Shown here: positions 1 to 11,954 of the stretch, one piece after another
How the letters are laid out: each line of letters starts with the position of its first letter
Position numbering within the stretch: position 1 is the stretch's first letter
Assembly: GCA_053919585.1 (NCBI GenBank)
Contig: CM132806.1
Length of the DNA stretch: 64,000 nucleotides
Origin: Euprymna scolopes
Lineage: Eukaryota
Direction: 5' to 3' (one strand)
Position numbers and translations under genes: made by a program
Notes under the pieces: generated by a model
Databases searched by the model: none
What the model saw: only the letters and a program-made list of their open reading frames with translations
Told to the model about the DNA's origin: nothing

Positions 1-869
1 TTAAATAAAAAAAAGTTTCTCGCAATTTAATGGTATACAACAGCATCCTGTTATCCACTTAAATTATACAAGTTGTATACGTATGTATTTATATGAATTT
101 AAGAATAACTATTAGTACTTATAATTGTATGTATAATATATACAGCATTTAACAGATTGGCAGAATTGTTTCAACGCTGCTCATTTGTGTTTCTCTTCAG
201 TGAGAGACAAATTTAAAAAAAAAAAAAAAATCTTTTTTCACATGTCAAAATTCTCATTTTTAAAAATTCATTTTTAGTTTATTTGTAAAATAGTCACATC
301 TTAGATTTTCATTTTTGAAAATTTTAATTTTTTTTTTTTTTTTTTTTTAGTAATTCACCTTAATTAGCAGTTTTTCATTGTTTTTGTCTATTGTGCCCTA
401 ATAAGGTTTGTGCTTTTAAGAAAGACTTGATGAAACGTAGAAAAATAAGTGAAAGGAGCTAACAACTGAGCGTTGCCAGACTGGAACTAGTTGCCAGGTT
501 TCTAGCTTAGTTGTCAGGGTGCTGATTGTCATTGTTGCCTTTGTAAAATGATATCCGACTAGAATCAGGACTGGGACATAGAAAATAGGGGTTGGTGTGG
601 AAGGTATAATGGAAGAATGTAAGAATAAAAGAAAATAAAAATAGTGAGTTAGAAATGACCACCACACACACACACACACAACCAGCCATCATACTTACAC
701 AAGACTGACATACTTTCAAATGATTTCGATGGAGTAACAAAACGGATTCTGTAATTCCATTTAGATTTTATAATTAAAATAGAAGAAATTAATTCAACAT
801 TGAAACTAGAAGAATGAAAATAATAGCAATAAGTGGCAGCAGCATTAGAAAAATTATTGATGAGCAATG

Positions 870-912
<43 letters not shown>

Positions 913-1168
913 AGAAATCGATGCAAGATTCTTAACGTGAAAAATTGAAGCAACACTCAAATATATAAATAGAATTATGTGGATACTATTCCTTAATGGC
1001 ATTTCGATATATTATCAACTTCAAGGTAATAAACCTGCATGCTGAGAACACAATTGTGTGTGTTTGTGTATTACTCTATAAAAAAGTAGATAATACATCG
1101 AAATGCTTGTCCAGAACATCATCCATGTAATAATATTATATATTTTTGGCCGTTTTGTTATGAGGTTG

Positions 1169-1209
<41 letters not shown>

Positions 1210-1613
1210 TAAATTTGATTGAAAAAAGCTTATTCAAATTTTTTTTTTTCCCAAATCAATCAATCATAGTTAATTTTTTTGTGTGGATGAAGTTATTGCA
1301 GGGGTCGGGGTGGCATAAATGATTAGTTTGAAATTTATCCGATGGAGAGGCAATGCACAGACTTTAGTAATTTTAGAAGAGAATTAATTTCTGTGATATT
1401 CTTTTCACTCTGGTGTGTAGTTTTGAAATAATGATGATGTAGTAATTCTTGTGTATATTATCATAAATAACCTCAGCAAAACAGAAGTTCTGTTCCATCT
1501 GGACTCCCAAAAGATGAGGCACCAGGATGCAGTACAACTCATTATTCAATACCCTAGCAACACCTAGACTACCTTTTAAGAAATGAACAATAAAAAAAAA
1601 GTAAAAAGTAAAA

Positions 1614-1645
<32 letters not shown>

Positions 1646-1669
1646 GGAGATGTGTTGTCAATAGAATAT

Positions 1670-1675
1670 TTTATT
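1670..1675 (-). promoter_or_regulatory. Candidate distal polyadenylation signal (AATAAA) of the zinc-finger gene
   Basis: TTTATT on the + strand, followed on the - strand about 25 nt later by a long U-tract (A-runs 1592-1645). Many other AATAAA hexamers lie between here and the stop codon. Confidence 0.3.
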
Positions 1676-4600
1676 AATTTCTCAGGAGAATTACACAAAG
1701 GTTATCATTCTTTTAGTGGTCAACATAGCAAAAGACAATGCCATTGGAAGACAGCAACTTAAACATCTACATGTTGGGCCTTTCCAAAATTGGCTTTCCG
1801 TCTTATAAGTAGTTTTCTCTTTATACAACATTAAGCTTCAACTCTGTATTTGTAAACAGAAAATACATTCAAGAGAATTTATTGATTTTTTTTTAAATAA
1901 AAAGGACAAGAAAAAATTAAAAGAAAATGAAAAAAAAAAATGAAAAAAAAAAAAACAGAACAATTGTACTTAGCATTTTGAAAGTCGTTGACTCTCACTT
2001 CTCAATCTGGTGGGTTGGGCAGATTTCAACTGTTCTGATATTAAATGATAAATCATAGAAAATAAGGGATGAAATGGATACAGAAGAAAAAACGGTAATC
2101 CATTTGTCTATTGGAAAATACTCAGAAGCTTCCCAGTTATAAGAGCAAAAGATTGTGGCCACAGTCAAATAGAAAGAATAAAAACGATTTTTAAAAGTAA
2201 AAAAAAAAAAATAGTTGGGTTGGAGGTGGGGGTGAATTTCAAAGGCAAGAATTATTTATATCCATCACAACTCTCTTCTTAAACATCATGTGGCTAAACA
2301 TCCCAAGAGAAAAGAAACTGAACAAGACACATTGAAATAAGTTTATCACTTCCATTTCTTACAAAATAAATAAAAAAAAAAAACAATGCTTAATACAGGT
2401 TAAGTGAGCTAAGATGTGAACTATTGTTGTTTAAAATTCCAAACATGGAGGTGGGTCTATCTCCTTCACTCCCACTCCTCTTTAAATTTAAGATAGCATT
2501 CATTTTAGCATTGTCATCCATAAGTTTCAAATAAAAAAATTCATAAATTTGTCACATTTAAGGTTAGAATAGCATTTCCTTTGCTATGTTATACTTGCGT
2601 TTTAAATAACATTTCCATTGTCTATTTGTCACACTTAAGTTCAAAATAGCATTTTCATCATGGATCCATTTTAAGAACATTCATTTTTACTTTTTCACCT
2701 TTAACTTGTGCTGATCATAATAAATGAGGGAAACATAATTCAGTCTTTGAGAATACCTCTTGATGATTGCCTCTTGGATTTGTTTAGCTGAATGAAATTA
2801 AGAATTTACAATGATGGAATTTTGTGTCTTGATGGACAGACAAGTAAGCAAATACTGAAACAGTTTTGTATGCATAGCAATTGTTATGTTGTTCACAGAG
2901 AAGCTAGCCCTTTCGGCTATGTGTTACGGGAATTAAGAATAGCCACAAGTCGGCAGGTTTCTTTGAAGGGAGGTGAGATGTAGGGAGAACAACTGAGGCC
3001 AAGCAATAAGGAAAAGATTTGGAATGTTTCAATTTCTTCCTCTTCACAGGACTTTTCAACTGAAAAGGCTTCTTTTTAAAGATATACAATTTTTATCTTT
3101 TGGTAGCTCATATAATGTTAAAATAAAAACTGTTTTTGATCACTTTTTTTTATTTTAAATTAAAGAAAGTATTTTTTTAAGAAACCTTGTATAAAATGTG
3201 AGAATCAAAAAAGCACCAAGTGTTCAGTCGTTGTCGATATGTTGCAGCAGTACAAGTGAACGTACCTTGTCATTTTGATATAGCCACTTTCTGCATGGCA
3301 GCAATGGTTGAGAGATTTTAAAAGGTTGGGCTTCATACACTCACTTTTGTTCTTTTATACAAGAGTGAATATAACCAATTACTTTGCTTAGGAAGCACAA
3401 ATGAAATATAATACTTGACTTTATTCAAGCCAGAATTTACCTTTTGCCTGCCACTGTAAAGGCTTCAAAATTACTTTTGTAGAAATGGTTGACTTGTATT
3501 TACTTGTCTCATTTTAAACATTCCAAAATTAGTTTTGAAACTTTTAAATTGAGACAGACAGAATTGCTGATTTGAAGTAAAAATTAAAAGCAAAAGTCGA
3601 GTATCATGGCTCATTTGTGCTGCTAAACGAAAGAAAACTTAATATGTCCATCTTGTATCAAAGAAGACCCACATAGTTGCAAGCTTTTCACACTTGCAAA
3701 ATAACTTAGGTCAAAAACAATAAATTTAAATTATAGAGACAGGATAGATTTTGATTTGTCTCATTTGATAGTGTAAAAAAAAAAAAACAAGTGTCAAAAA
3801 TAGTTTAATAGATTTTAAAGCTTGCAGAATTTTGAACTTGTTGATATACAATGACCGTTTAATCTAAATAATTACCCATGCATAATTCCAGCTGCTTATT
3901 TACACATTTTAATACAAAAAATGTACACAATCCACTATGCACATTTTTGTTTTTGCTTTTAATAATTTCAAAATATCCCCTTTTCATTTGAATTTAAATT
4001 CAAGCCATTTAATAGTTATTCAGTTTTCTCTCCGATATATTATCGTCACCAGATTAAAAAAAAAAACAAAAAAACAACCCAGACCAACTGCCTCCATTGA
4101 AACTGTCTTGTGCAAAAAAAACAAAAAAAAACTTTGTATAGTTGAATTCCATTTGGTGCCAACAATCAAAGGGAATTCTGGAAAAGTTTCAAGAATCAAT
4201 ATCAAATACCTTCAAACATGATCAGATTATGTTTGATAGATTGTGATATGTTTGCACATACAAGACATTTTAGTGAACATTTTAAACAGAACTGTATGAA
4301 TAAAACAACTTTGCTTTGTTATTAAATAATAAAAAATAGAATTGTTTGTGATTTGTTTATATTTTCATTTTTGAAAAACATTTCCTGAGAGAATTCACTG
4401 GTACTCAGTAAAAGCAGAACCGTTTATATGCATGGGAAAAGATAGATTTATGACAAGTCATTATTATAATAAAAAAGAATGCAATATTTAAAAAAAATAT
4501 ACATATATTTTATTTAATATTGCAAAAGAATTTACTAGGCAGGAAGAAGATTTTTCTTTAGAATGTCAGTTTGGCCGTACCTACAAATGACAATATTCAC

Positions 4601-7375
4601 AGTAGCTAACAGAAATACTTGGATCAATAGAATGAAGAGATCAAGCACTTATGTTGACTACGAAAAAAAAGCTTCATTTTTAACCTGCCTTTATTATACA
4701 AGCATTCAGATGCACATGTGCAACCAATACATGCATATGCAATCATAAATGTGTATCAATAGTAACTCTAGTTCATTAATTTTAGCCAAGTTAAAAACAA
4801 ATTGGGCAATTTATAATTCAGGGTACCATAGTTGAAAGAAGAAATGCTTGTTTTTTGCATCAGGCTTCATATTTAAGCCTGACAAAAAGAGAAACATTTT
4901 CTTCATACAACTTTATAATAAAAACCAAGGTCAAACATTGATTTTAGTCATGGAGTTTCAACAAAGCTATGCTTATTTCATGAATACAGAATACTGTTTA
5001 AAATTACTTTATTCTTCATAGCTCAGTTGACAATGTGTCAATCTGTGTCACAAATTTGAGAAAGATTCTTCTGAAGCATTTCTTATTCAACCAAAATATA
5101 TGTTTGACAATCAGAGGAGTCGATCTCAGCCCAAGTAACCTGACCACTGGAGTTACTATTGATTTTATACAAGGAGAGAGAAAGAGAGGAGAGAGAGACA
5201 AGTTCAATGTATAGATAAATGAGCCACCAAAGGACAAAGGTTGTTCATGGAAATATATTTAATGAAGATAAAGAGGGATTTGGTATGTTGAACTTTAATA
5301 TTAATCATCTTTTATATAGGGCAAAAATTTAATAATGTGCTGGTGCCCAACAATTAGACGTCCATATTTTATGTATCATTAAAATTACTGTCTTATTCAA
5401 ATATGCTTCTATAACTCAGACTCAACCAGCACATGCTTTCTTTTATTTGGTGAGGGTAATTTTATTAAAATAACAAAAGAAAAGAATTGTATATTTTGGT
5501 TTCCTATTACAAAAACAGAAATGTTTGAAGGTCTAGTTTATAGATGCATATTTGTTTTCTTCTAACTGCCCCACACAGTATAGGTAATTTAACTGCTAAT
5601 GATATTCCCACAGCAATTAAATAATTTTAGTGTTTGGCAATGTTAAGTCACACACATCAGAGCTATATCTACATGTTGGTAATGTACCAATTAATTTTTT
5701 GCGGGATTTTAAGGGGAGGTGTGTCAAAGATAGATGTATAATAAGCCAATTGCATGACTTATGACAGTATTAGAAATTATTGACACATCTGAGAGAGAGA
5801 GAGAGAGAGCAAAAAAATTTAAAAAGGAAAAAATAAAGACATTCCAATCGCCCCACTATTGACATCTAAATCTCAACAGTTGAAATTTGTACCATGAATA
5901 CCTACCATAGTATACAGATAATCCAGAATAAAACAACAGTTTGTACACAATAAATATGACAGAAGAACAAGTTGGGATGCAAGCAAAAATGTTGCCCCCT
6001 TGAGAAATGTACAATGCAGACATATGTCATGAAACCAAAAGCAGGATAACAGTGTTGTGATCAAAAACTACTGACTGCTTAGTATAATGATTGCTTGTTG
6101 TTATGCCTGACGATGAAGATGAAAGTTGGGGAACAGGGAAGAGAAAGATAGAAAGAGGAGGTTACTGATGATGACGGTGTTGGTGTTGGTAGGTTGAATC
6201 TGTAGATCAGTTGACTCGTCTTGATGGTAAGATGTTGAAAACTGACTACTTAGATTATTTGTCTTTGAGAGTAGCAGCAGAAACCATAAGACGTTTTTTT
6301 TAGTACAACATGGTACAATGAAAGTACCATTCAAATACAGTTTTGAGCCAAATAAGTTGCTGAGGCCATGCTGATGAATTACTAAGTGTTCTCCTTGCAT
6401 TCATCAACTATGCAAGAATGTGACATCCAACAGACGAGGAGATTCACAAACTTTTCCAGAGTGCAGACAAAAAAAAAAAAAAAAAGCACTCATTAATAAA
6501 AGATAAAGCGTTAAAGAGTCTTCGAATGTAATTCCAATAATCGTTTTTTCACTGTTTTATTCAGTGGATAATTTGATATTTGTGTGTGTTTGTACCAGTT
6601 TAAAGTTACGCATTTTCTCCATTGGGTGAGCACATACACGTAATACTGACTCAAATCTACACATGCACACACGCATACAAGCATGTATGTTAGAGTGAAT
6701 GTGCATTTGGTCTCGTAAAGTTCCGTGCAAGCAATACAATATTAACTACAACCTGCAGTTCACAGTCCGTTCTTTCCTGGCAGTGCATACATTGTGCAAT
6801 TCTTGTTGAACTCCTTCGTTAGCAGCAAGGAACATGTGGTTTTCTACTTCCATCAATGGACACAGTAATTAAGCATCAGCTTCAACGATGTAAACTTAAA
6901 ACTTATTAATCATATTGAATTGGCTGCAAAGTCAAATGGCAGTGTGGACCGAGAGAAAGAGCTGTTTGCTTAAACAGAGAATAAATAAATGTTTCAGGCT
7001 TTTTTCTATGTTTATTATACAGCTATTTTGAATTGGAGGAATGTAAGTATTTTATCGCAAGTATTTATCATACTGAATACAGCACCATAGATTATAAGTA
7101 ACATATAAGAAGGAACAGCAGCAGCAAATCTTAAAGCTCAGAAATATGATTTGGCAATGGAATTAAATATGAAAACTTTGTAAAAATGTATACTTTTCAA
7201 CTGAGCGGTCAAAAGAGATATTGTCCAGATAATGTAAAGGTAGAAACAATAAGTAGAGAACATGTTTCATATGAAGCTACTTAAATTGTAAGAACCTAAT
7301 GACCTTTAAATATGTAATTTTATTTAAATAGTGGGTTTGACTCCTCACAAAAGCCAATACCACATAAGTCTAAAC

Positions 7376-7580
7376 TTAATATAAATTACCTTGTAAATTA
7401 TGCTCTGAAAGTGAGGGCAAAAACAGCTCAGACTTAATTTTCCTTGCCTTTTTTTGAGACACCTGAGGTATGAAGGATTTACTCTGACCCTTGTCCTTTT
7501 GTAAAATGAGAGAGATACTACATATAGAAATGGAGAGGATGAAACCCTGGAGCTGGGAGGTAAATACCTCGGCCATGAAT
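7376..7580 (-). mobile_element. Possible highly decayed 3' fragment of a CR1/L2-type LINE ORF2
   Basis: The translation …KSFIPQVSQ…ELF.PS..EHNLQ loosely resembles the SF.PR..RLWN.LP…YNLQ.FK tail of these LINEs. Confidence 0.25.
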
Positions 7581-10003
7581 GATAAGAGTCCACTTAGCAG
7601 AGCATAAAGGATAGTTAAGTATTGAAAATAATTATTGAAAAGGGCTTGGGAAAGAGAGAGACAGAGAGATGTAAGAGCAAAATAGTTTACGCTAAAAAGA
7701 GAACCATCCTATTTTGAGCAACAGTCAACAACTACAAATAACTACTAACACTGGTGTAGATTGAATTCAGTATAATTTAGTTTGGTGTATTTGATATCAA
7801 ACTATTTGAAAACCTACAGACTGCGAAAACAATGCCAACTAAAATAAAACTTAAACAGGACAGGGGAATAGCAATATTCATAACAAGAGTACAAAATTTG
7901 AAAATGTCATGAATCTGTTCAAATGATAACAGAAAAGTAAATTCATTACAGACTGCATTTTCAAGCCTTTTTGATTAACTCATGTCCAGCAATAAATTAG
8001 ACTTACCCATAAGACAAAAAAAAAAAAAGCATTTGTATATTTAAAAAAAAAATAAATAAAAATAAAAATTATATACATAAGTACAAAAAAAAAACTGTTC
8101 TTTCATAGACTAAATCTCTAATTTAGCATTTTCACTTTTTACCATTTTAATGTAGTGCAGACCTAAAATAAAACTGTTGTCTTTTGAAATCAGATCTAAA
8201 TAAAAGTTGGTCTGCACAACTGGTTTGTAATCATTCAAACTATATTTAATTTTAAAATGTAACAATTTTTTAAGTAGATTTAACAAGTGACAACTCATCA
8301 TAAATTGGAAACAAAAGTAGGGAAAAGAAATGAAAAATTAGATTCAACAATGGCAAAGAACCTGTTGAATAATATTTGTTGAGAATCCATAAGATACACA
8401 ACTCCATATAAGTTCATCAGTCATAATATGTGAATGATGAAATGGATGTCAGATTATGATGAAATGGACATAGCAAATATTACAATATTAGAAAGACTGC
8501 AGTTGAATCAAACAACAGTTTGAAAAGTCTTGGGATATTGAAAACCAAACAAATGATCTAACTGGTCAAAGTTGATACCACATTGATAGACTTTTACTGC
8601 ACAATCTAGATAATAGCAGATTTTCTTTCTTTCTTTTTTACAATTATGCTAGTACTCTGCATGGACAGCAAACTGCTGTATGAAGTATACTTGGTGTAGG
8701 GTACAAACAAAATCGTCAAAGGTAAAGATATAGATAAAAAAAACTACTGACTGCTTAGTATAATGATTGTAAATTTGTAAAACAACAAAAAGAATAAGAT
8801 AATGACATCTCTGATTATACAAAACCTAAAGTAATTTCCAATTTGTTACAAAGTGTGTTAAAAAAAAAAAAAAAGACTCATGAAAAAATACCTACATTGG
8901 CTTTTGTTTATGCACATAATTTGATAAAGTTCTTGTGTTTGAAAACTCCAAACCATTTTCAAGTTTCATTTGCAAAACAAAAATAAAAACTTCAATGCCC
9001 AAAATGAATAGAATGCTTGATAATGCAACAATGATATTAGGATCTTGAAATGAAATAATTATCTGATAGGACAACAAGAATGCAATGTAAATTTGTACTG
9101 AATAGAACAAGAAAAGAAAAGTTCCTTTTTGAGTACAAAGGCCCATTAAACCTGGTAATCATCCCTGTTTTTTTGTATTGCTAAGCCTAAACCATCTTCC
9201 ATGATAGGTTATTATACTGTTGCCCATTTTACCGTCCAGCCAGGCTGGTAGCAGTTTATATGTTTGTTGCTTACAGTACCTCAAATTCTCAAGAAATATA
9301 TTTTCTATGTACTAAACAAGGTAAAACATTAACTTTGCTGGTCTGATGAGAACTAGTGTTTCTATGTAATTTGGTCATAAACTAAAGAAAGAAAAACAGG
9401 TGGAAAAGTTTCATTTTTCCCAATAATTTTTTAGGAGCTGGATGATATAGAACCTATTAGAATAAAAGAAATGAAATGCTGCTGCCTAAATAAAAAAAAA
9501 CTAAAAACAAAACTTAATGAATAAAATTAATAAATGTATGGCTATGGAAATTAATAGTTAATTTGTCTAATGTATGGGGAAACAATGTTGCTGTAGTTGG
9601 AATGGAAGAATGTGATTGTATCACATGAGCAACAATCAAAATTCTAGAGAGGGAGGGAAGAAAAACAAACTGTATTTGCCTATGAATTGTGCTCTTGAGG
9701 TAGAGCTGAAAGATTCTGAGTGGCCTAGTCCAACTGCTCAACTTTAGAAATCACAGCTACATGTTCCAGATTTTGTGAGAAATGCTTTAAGGAGTTGACT
9801 TTCAGAAATTTCAAGACTCACTGTTCATATAGATCGCCAACATTGAAAATGACTTTAGAATTCATGAAAATTAAATGTATAAAATGAAATGATCTACTAA
9901 TACATAACTGAAGTGTCTCTTGCCAACTATTGTAATACTATAGCAAATAAAAATGAGTAGAATTTAAAAAGTACTTATTTCGTAACTGAAAAACAAATTT
10001 CTT

Positions 10004-10052
10004 TTGGATTCTGATCTAAAAACTTGGATTCTGATCTAAAAACTTGGATTCT
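10004..10052. repeat. 20-bp tandem repeat, about 2.4 copies (ttggattctgatctaaaaac)
   Basis: Exact repeats, directly visible. Confidence 0.9.
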
Positions 10053-10664
10053 TCAAGAAAGAAACATGTCTCTGGTTTTGTCAACCAAATAAAAAATAAT
10101 TTAATTTAAATAAATCTGTTTATAATTTACTATGTTATAGAGACAGTTATTAATAAGTAAAAAGAATCTCAGTTTGAAAGTCTTTTAAAAGCCTGGTTCG
10201 GCTAAAGGTAGGAAAACTTATTTGTTCTGTCAAAGTTTATTTGTATTTAGACAAATCACAAGTGTAAAACACAAGCACCTGTGTGGATGTGAACTACTGG
10301 TTAAGAAAACAGTATCTTTCGATAACACACTCAGTTTATTATAAGTGATATGTAAATTAGGCGGGTGTGTCGTAAAAAAAAAAAAAAAAAAAAAAAAATT
10401 AAAATAACCTGTAACAAAACAGCAGACTAAAAAGACAGTCATCACAGACGAATAAATATCGAACACTGCGAATGTAGTAACTTGATCGTTTCTCCTTATT
10501 AGACATGTGCTGCTGCGATTAAAAAAAAAATGTTTTCCTTTTATTCTGTTTGAGTTTTTACAATTTATTTTTTCCATTTTCAATAATTTTTTTTATGAAA
10601 GACCGGCTCCATTTTTATCCACTGTAATATTGAGAATCCTATAAGAAATTCATGCTCAGAACAG

Positions 10665-10708
10665 TAATAATAATAATAATAATAATAATGATAATAATAA
10701 TAATAATA
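10665..10708. repeat. (AAT)n microsatellite in the proximal 3'UTR
   Basis: Directly visible. Confidence 0.9.
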
Positions 10709-11003
10709 GGTACACAAATGATATTTGGCCAGCAAAAAGTTTTAATTTAGAGTCTTAGATAAACTTTTTCAAACTTCCCATATAAAATGATTTTAAAATT
10801 TCTCACTTCCTAAAAATTAATTTGGTTATAAATGTCTGTTTCTTTTTACAATGAAAAACCCATCATCAAATAGTATTTGTTTGTGTTTATCATTTTCAAT
10901 TTTCAAAATTGATGAAATTGTTCAGTGTTGATATTTCCTCCTTTAATAATCAAGGCCTTGGCTGTCCTTACAAAATTGCACACATTTCTAGAACCCTTTT
11001 GAA

Positions 11004-11954
11004 TCATGTTAATCTGGAACCTCCACCAGAACAGGTTGGCGTGAATGATGGCATCTGTTGTGATGCATAGTTCTTTATATGTTGTAGACTGAGCAGACTG
11101 TTTGCAAGCATACTGTCTCTTGATGACATACCCACATTCAAATTCCTTTCTGGAGGGTCAGACTTTCTAAATCCCAAAGGATCGTAAGGAAAGTATCGTG
11201 GTGAAGTCATTGATGAAATGTGGGGCAATGGGGAAGTTAGACTATTGGCCCCTAAACTTGAGCCGTATGGATATGAGGAAGCCGTCGTGCTACTTGGGAC
11301 AGGGCTACCAAACTGGTGTGGGATTGGCATGAATGCTGAGGAAACTTTCCCACAAGAACCAGTTGTGTTATCTGGCTGGCGATCTGATCTTCCGTACTCG
11401 TCACTGGAATGGTCTGGTTCTTGTTTGATAATGGGACGAGGAGAAACTTTATTCGAGTTATCCTGCGAATGTTTGGCCATGTGTCTGGTTAAATAAGTCT
11501 CTTGAGTATAGGATTTTCCACATATACGACATATATGCGTTTTTAAGTGTTTTGTGTCCGAGTGTTTGGGAATATGCTCCCTCAGACTGGCCTCGTCAGC
11601 ATAGCACTTGTAGCAGGAGTTGCAGCGGTATGGCTTGTCGGTCATGTGAGAGCGTGAGTGGGACTGCAGGTTGGAGAGCTGTGAGAATGCCTTGCCACAT
11701 CCCGGGTGTAAGCATTTATATGGTTTCTCCCCAGTATGGGTTCGGATATGTTGCTGCAGGTGCGACAGCTGTGTGAACTTACGCTCACAGATCTCACAGC
11801 GGTATGGCTTGATGCCCGAGTGGATACGCGCATGCTGAGACAAATATGATGAGTTGGCAAAGCACTTCAAACATGTGGGACACTTGTACGGCTTCGGATC
11901 CTGCTTGTGGATTTGTTGGCAATGGATCAGCATGTCCGACTTGGTTGTAAATAC
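11004..11954 (-). CDS. rn: Terminal coding exon of a Rotund/Squeeze/Dati/LIN-29 (ZNF362/ZNF384-family) C2H2 zinc-finger transcription factor: second half of ZF1, ZF2-ZF6 and the C-terminal tail
   Basis: The translation has the family-diagnostic array KPYKC..C.KCFANSSYLSQHARIH / CEICERKFTQLSHLQQHIRTH / CLHPGCGKAFSQLSNLQSHSRSH / CNSCYKCY..E.SL.EHIPKH / KHLKTHIC..CGKSYTQETYL.RHM.KH. The acceptor (T-tract...ctcacatag|GTA) at 11955/11954 extends the ORF by 7 codons (VFTTKSD). TGA stop at 11006-11004. The symbol is a family-level assignment; orthology to rn versus dati or sqz is unresolved. Confidence 0.95.
   Translation of the reverse strand, partial: VFTTKSDMLIHCQQIHKQDPKPYKCPTCLKCFANSSYLSQHARIHSGIKPYRCEICERKFTQLSHLQQHIRTHTGEKPYKCLHPGCGKAFSQLSNLQSHSRSHMTDKPYRCNSCYKCYADEASLREHIPKHSDTKHLKTHICRICGKSYTQETYLTRHMAKHSQDNSNKVSPRPIIKQEPDHSSDEYGRSDRQPDNTTGSCGKVSSAFMPIPHQFGSPVPSSTTASSYPYGSSLGANSLTSPLPHISSMTSPRYFPYDPLGFRKSDPPERNLNVGMSSRDSMLANSLLSLQHIKNYASQQMPSFTPTCSGGGSRLT

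Noticed and set aside
6937-6960. mir-34 gene on the + strand
   Set aside because: The match stops after 11 nt and there is no complementary arm. It reads better as a target site on the - strand.
9343-9365. Hammerhead core (CTGATGAG…)
   Set aside because: No GAAA follows the potential stem II.
10968-11006. Stop-codon readthrough of the zinc-finger gene
   Set aside because: The TGA-T context is not the leaky TGA-C motif, and the extension would be only about 12 codons.
11218-11860. Antisense and alternate-frame ORFs (11218..11496+, 11552..11776+, 11642..11860-)
   Set aside because: By-products of the GC-richer zinc-finger exon, with no recognisable motifs.
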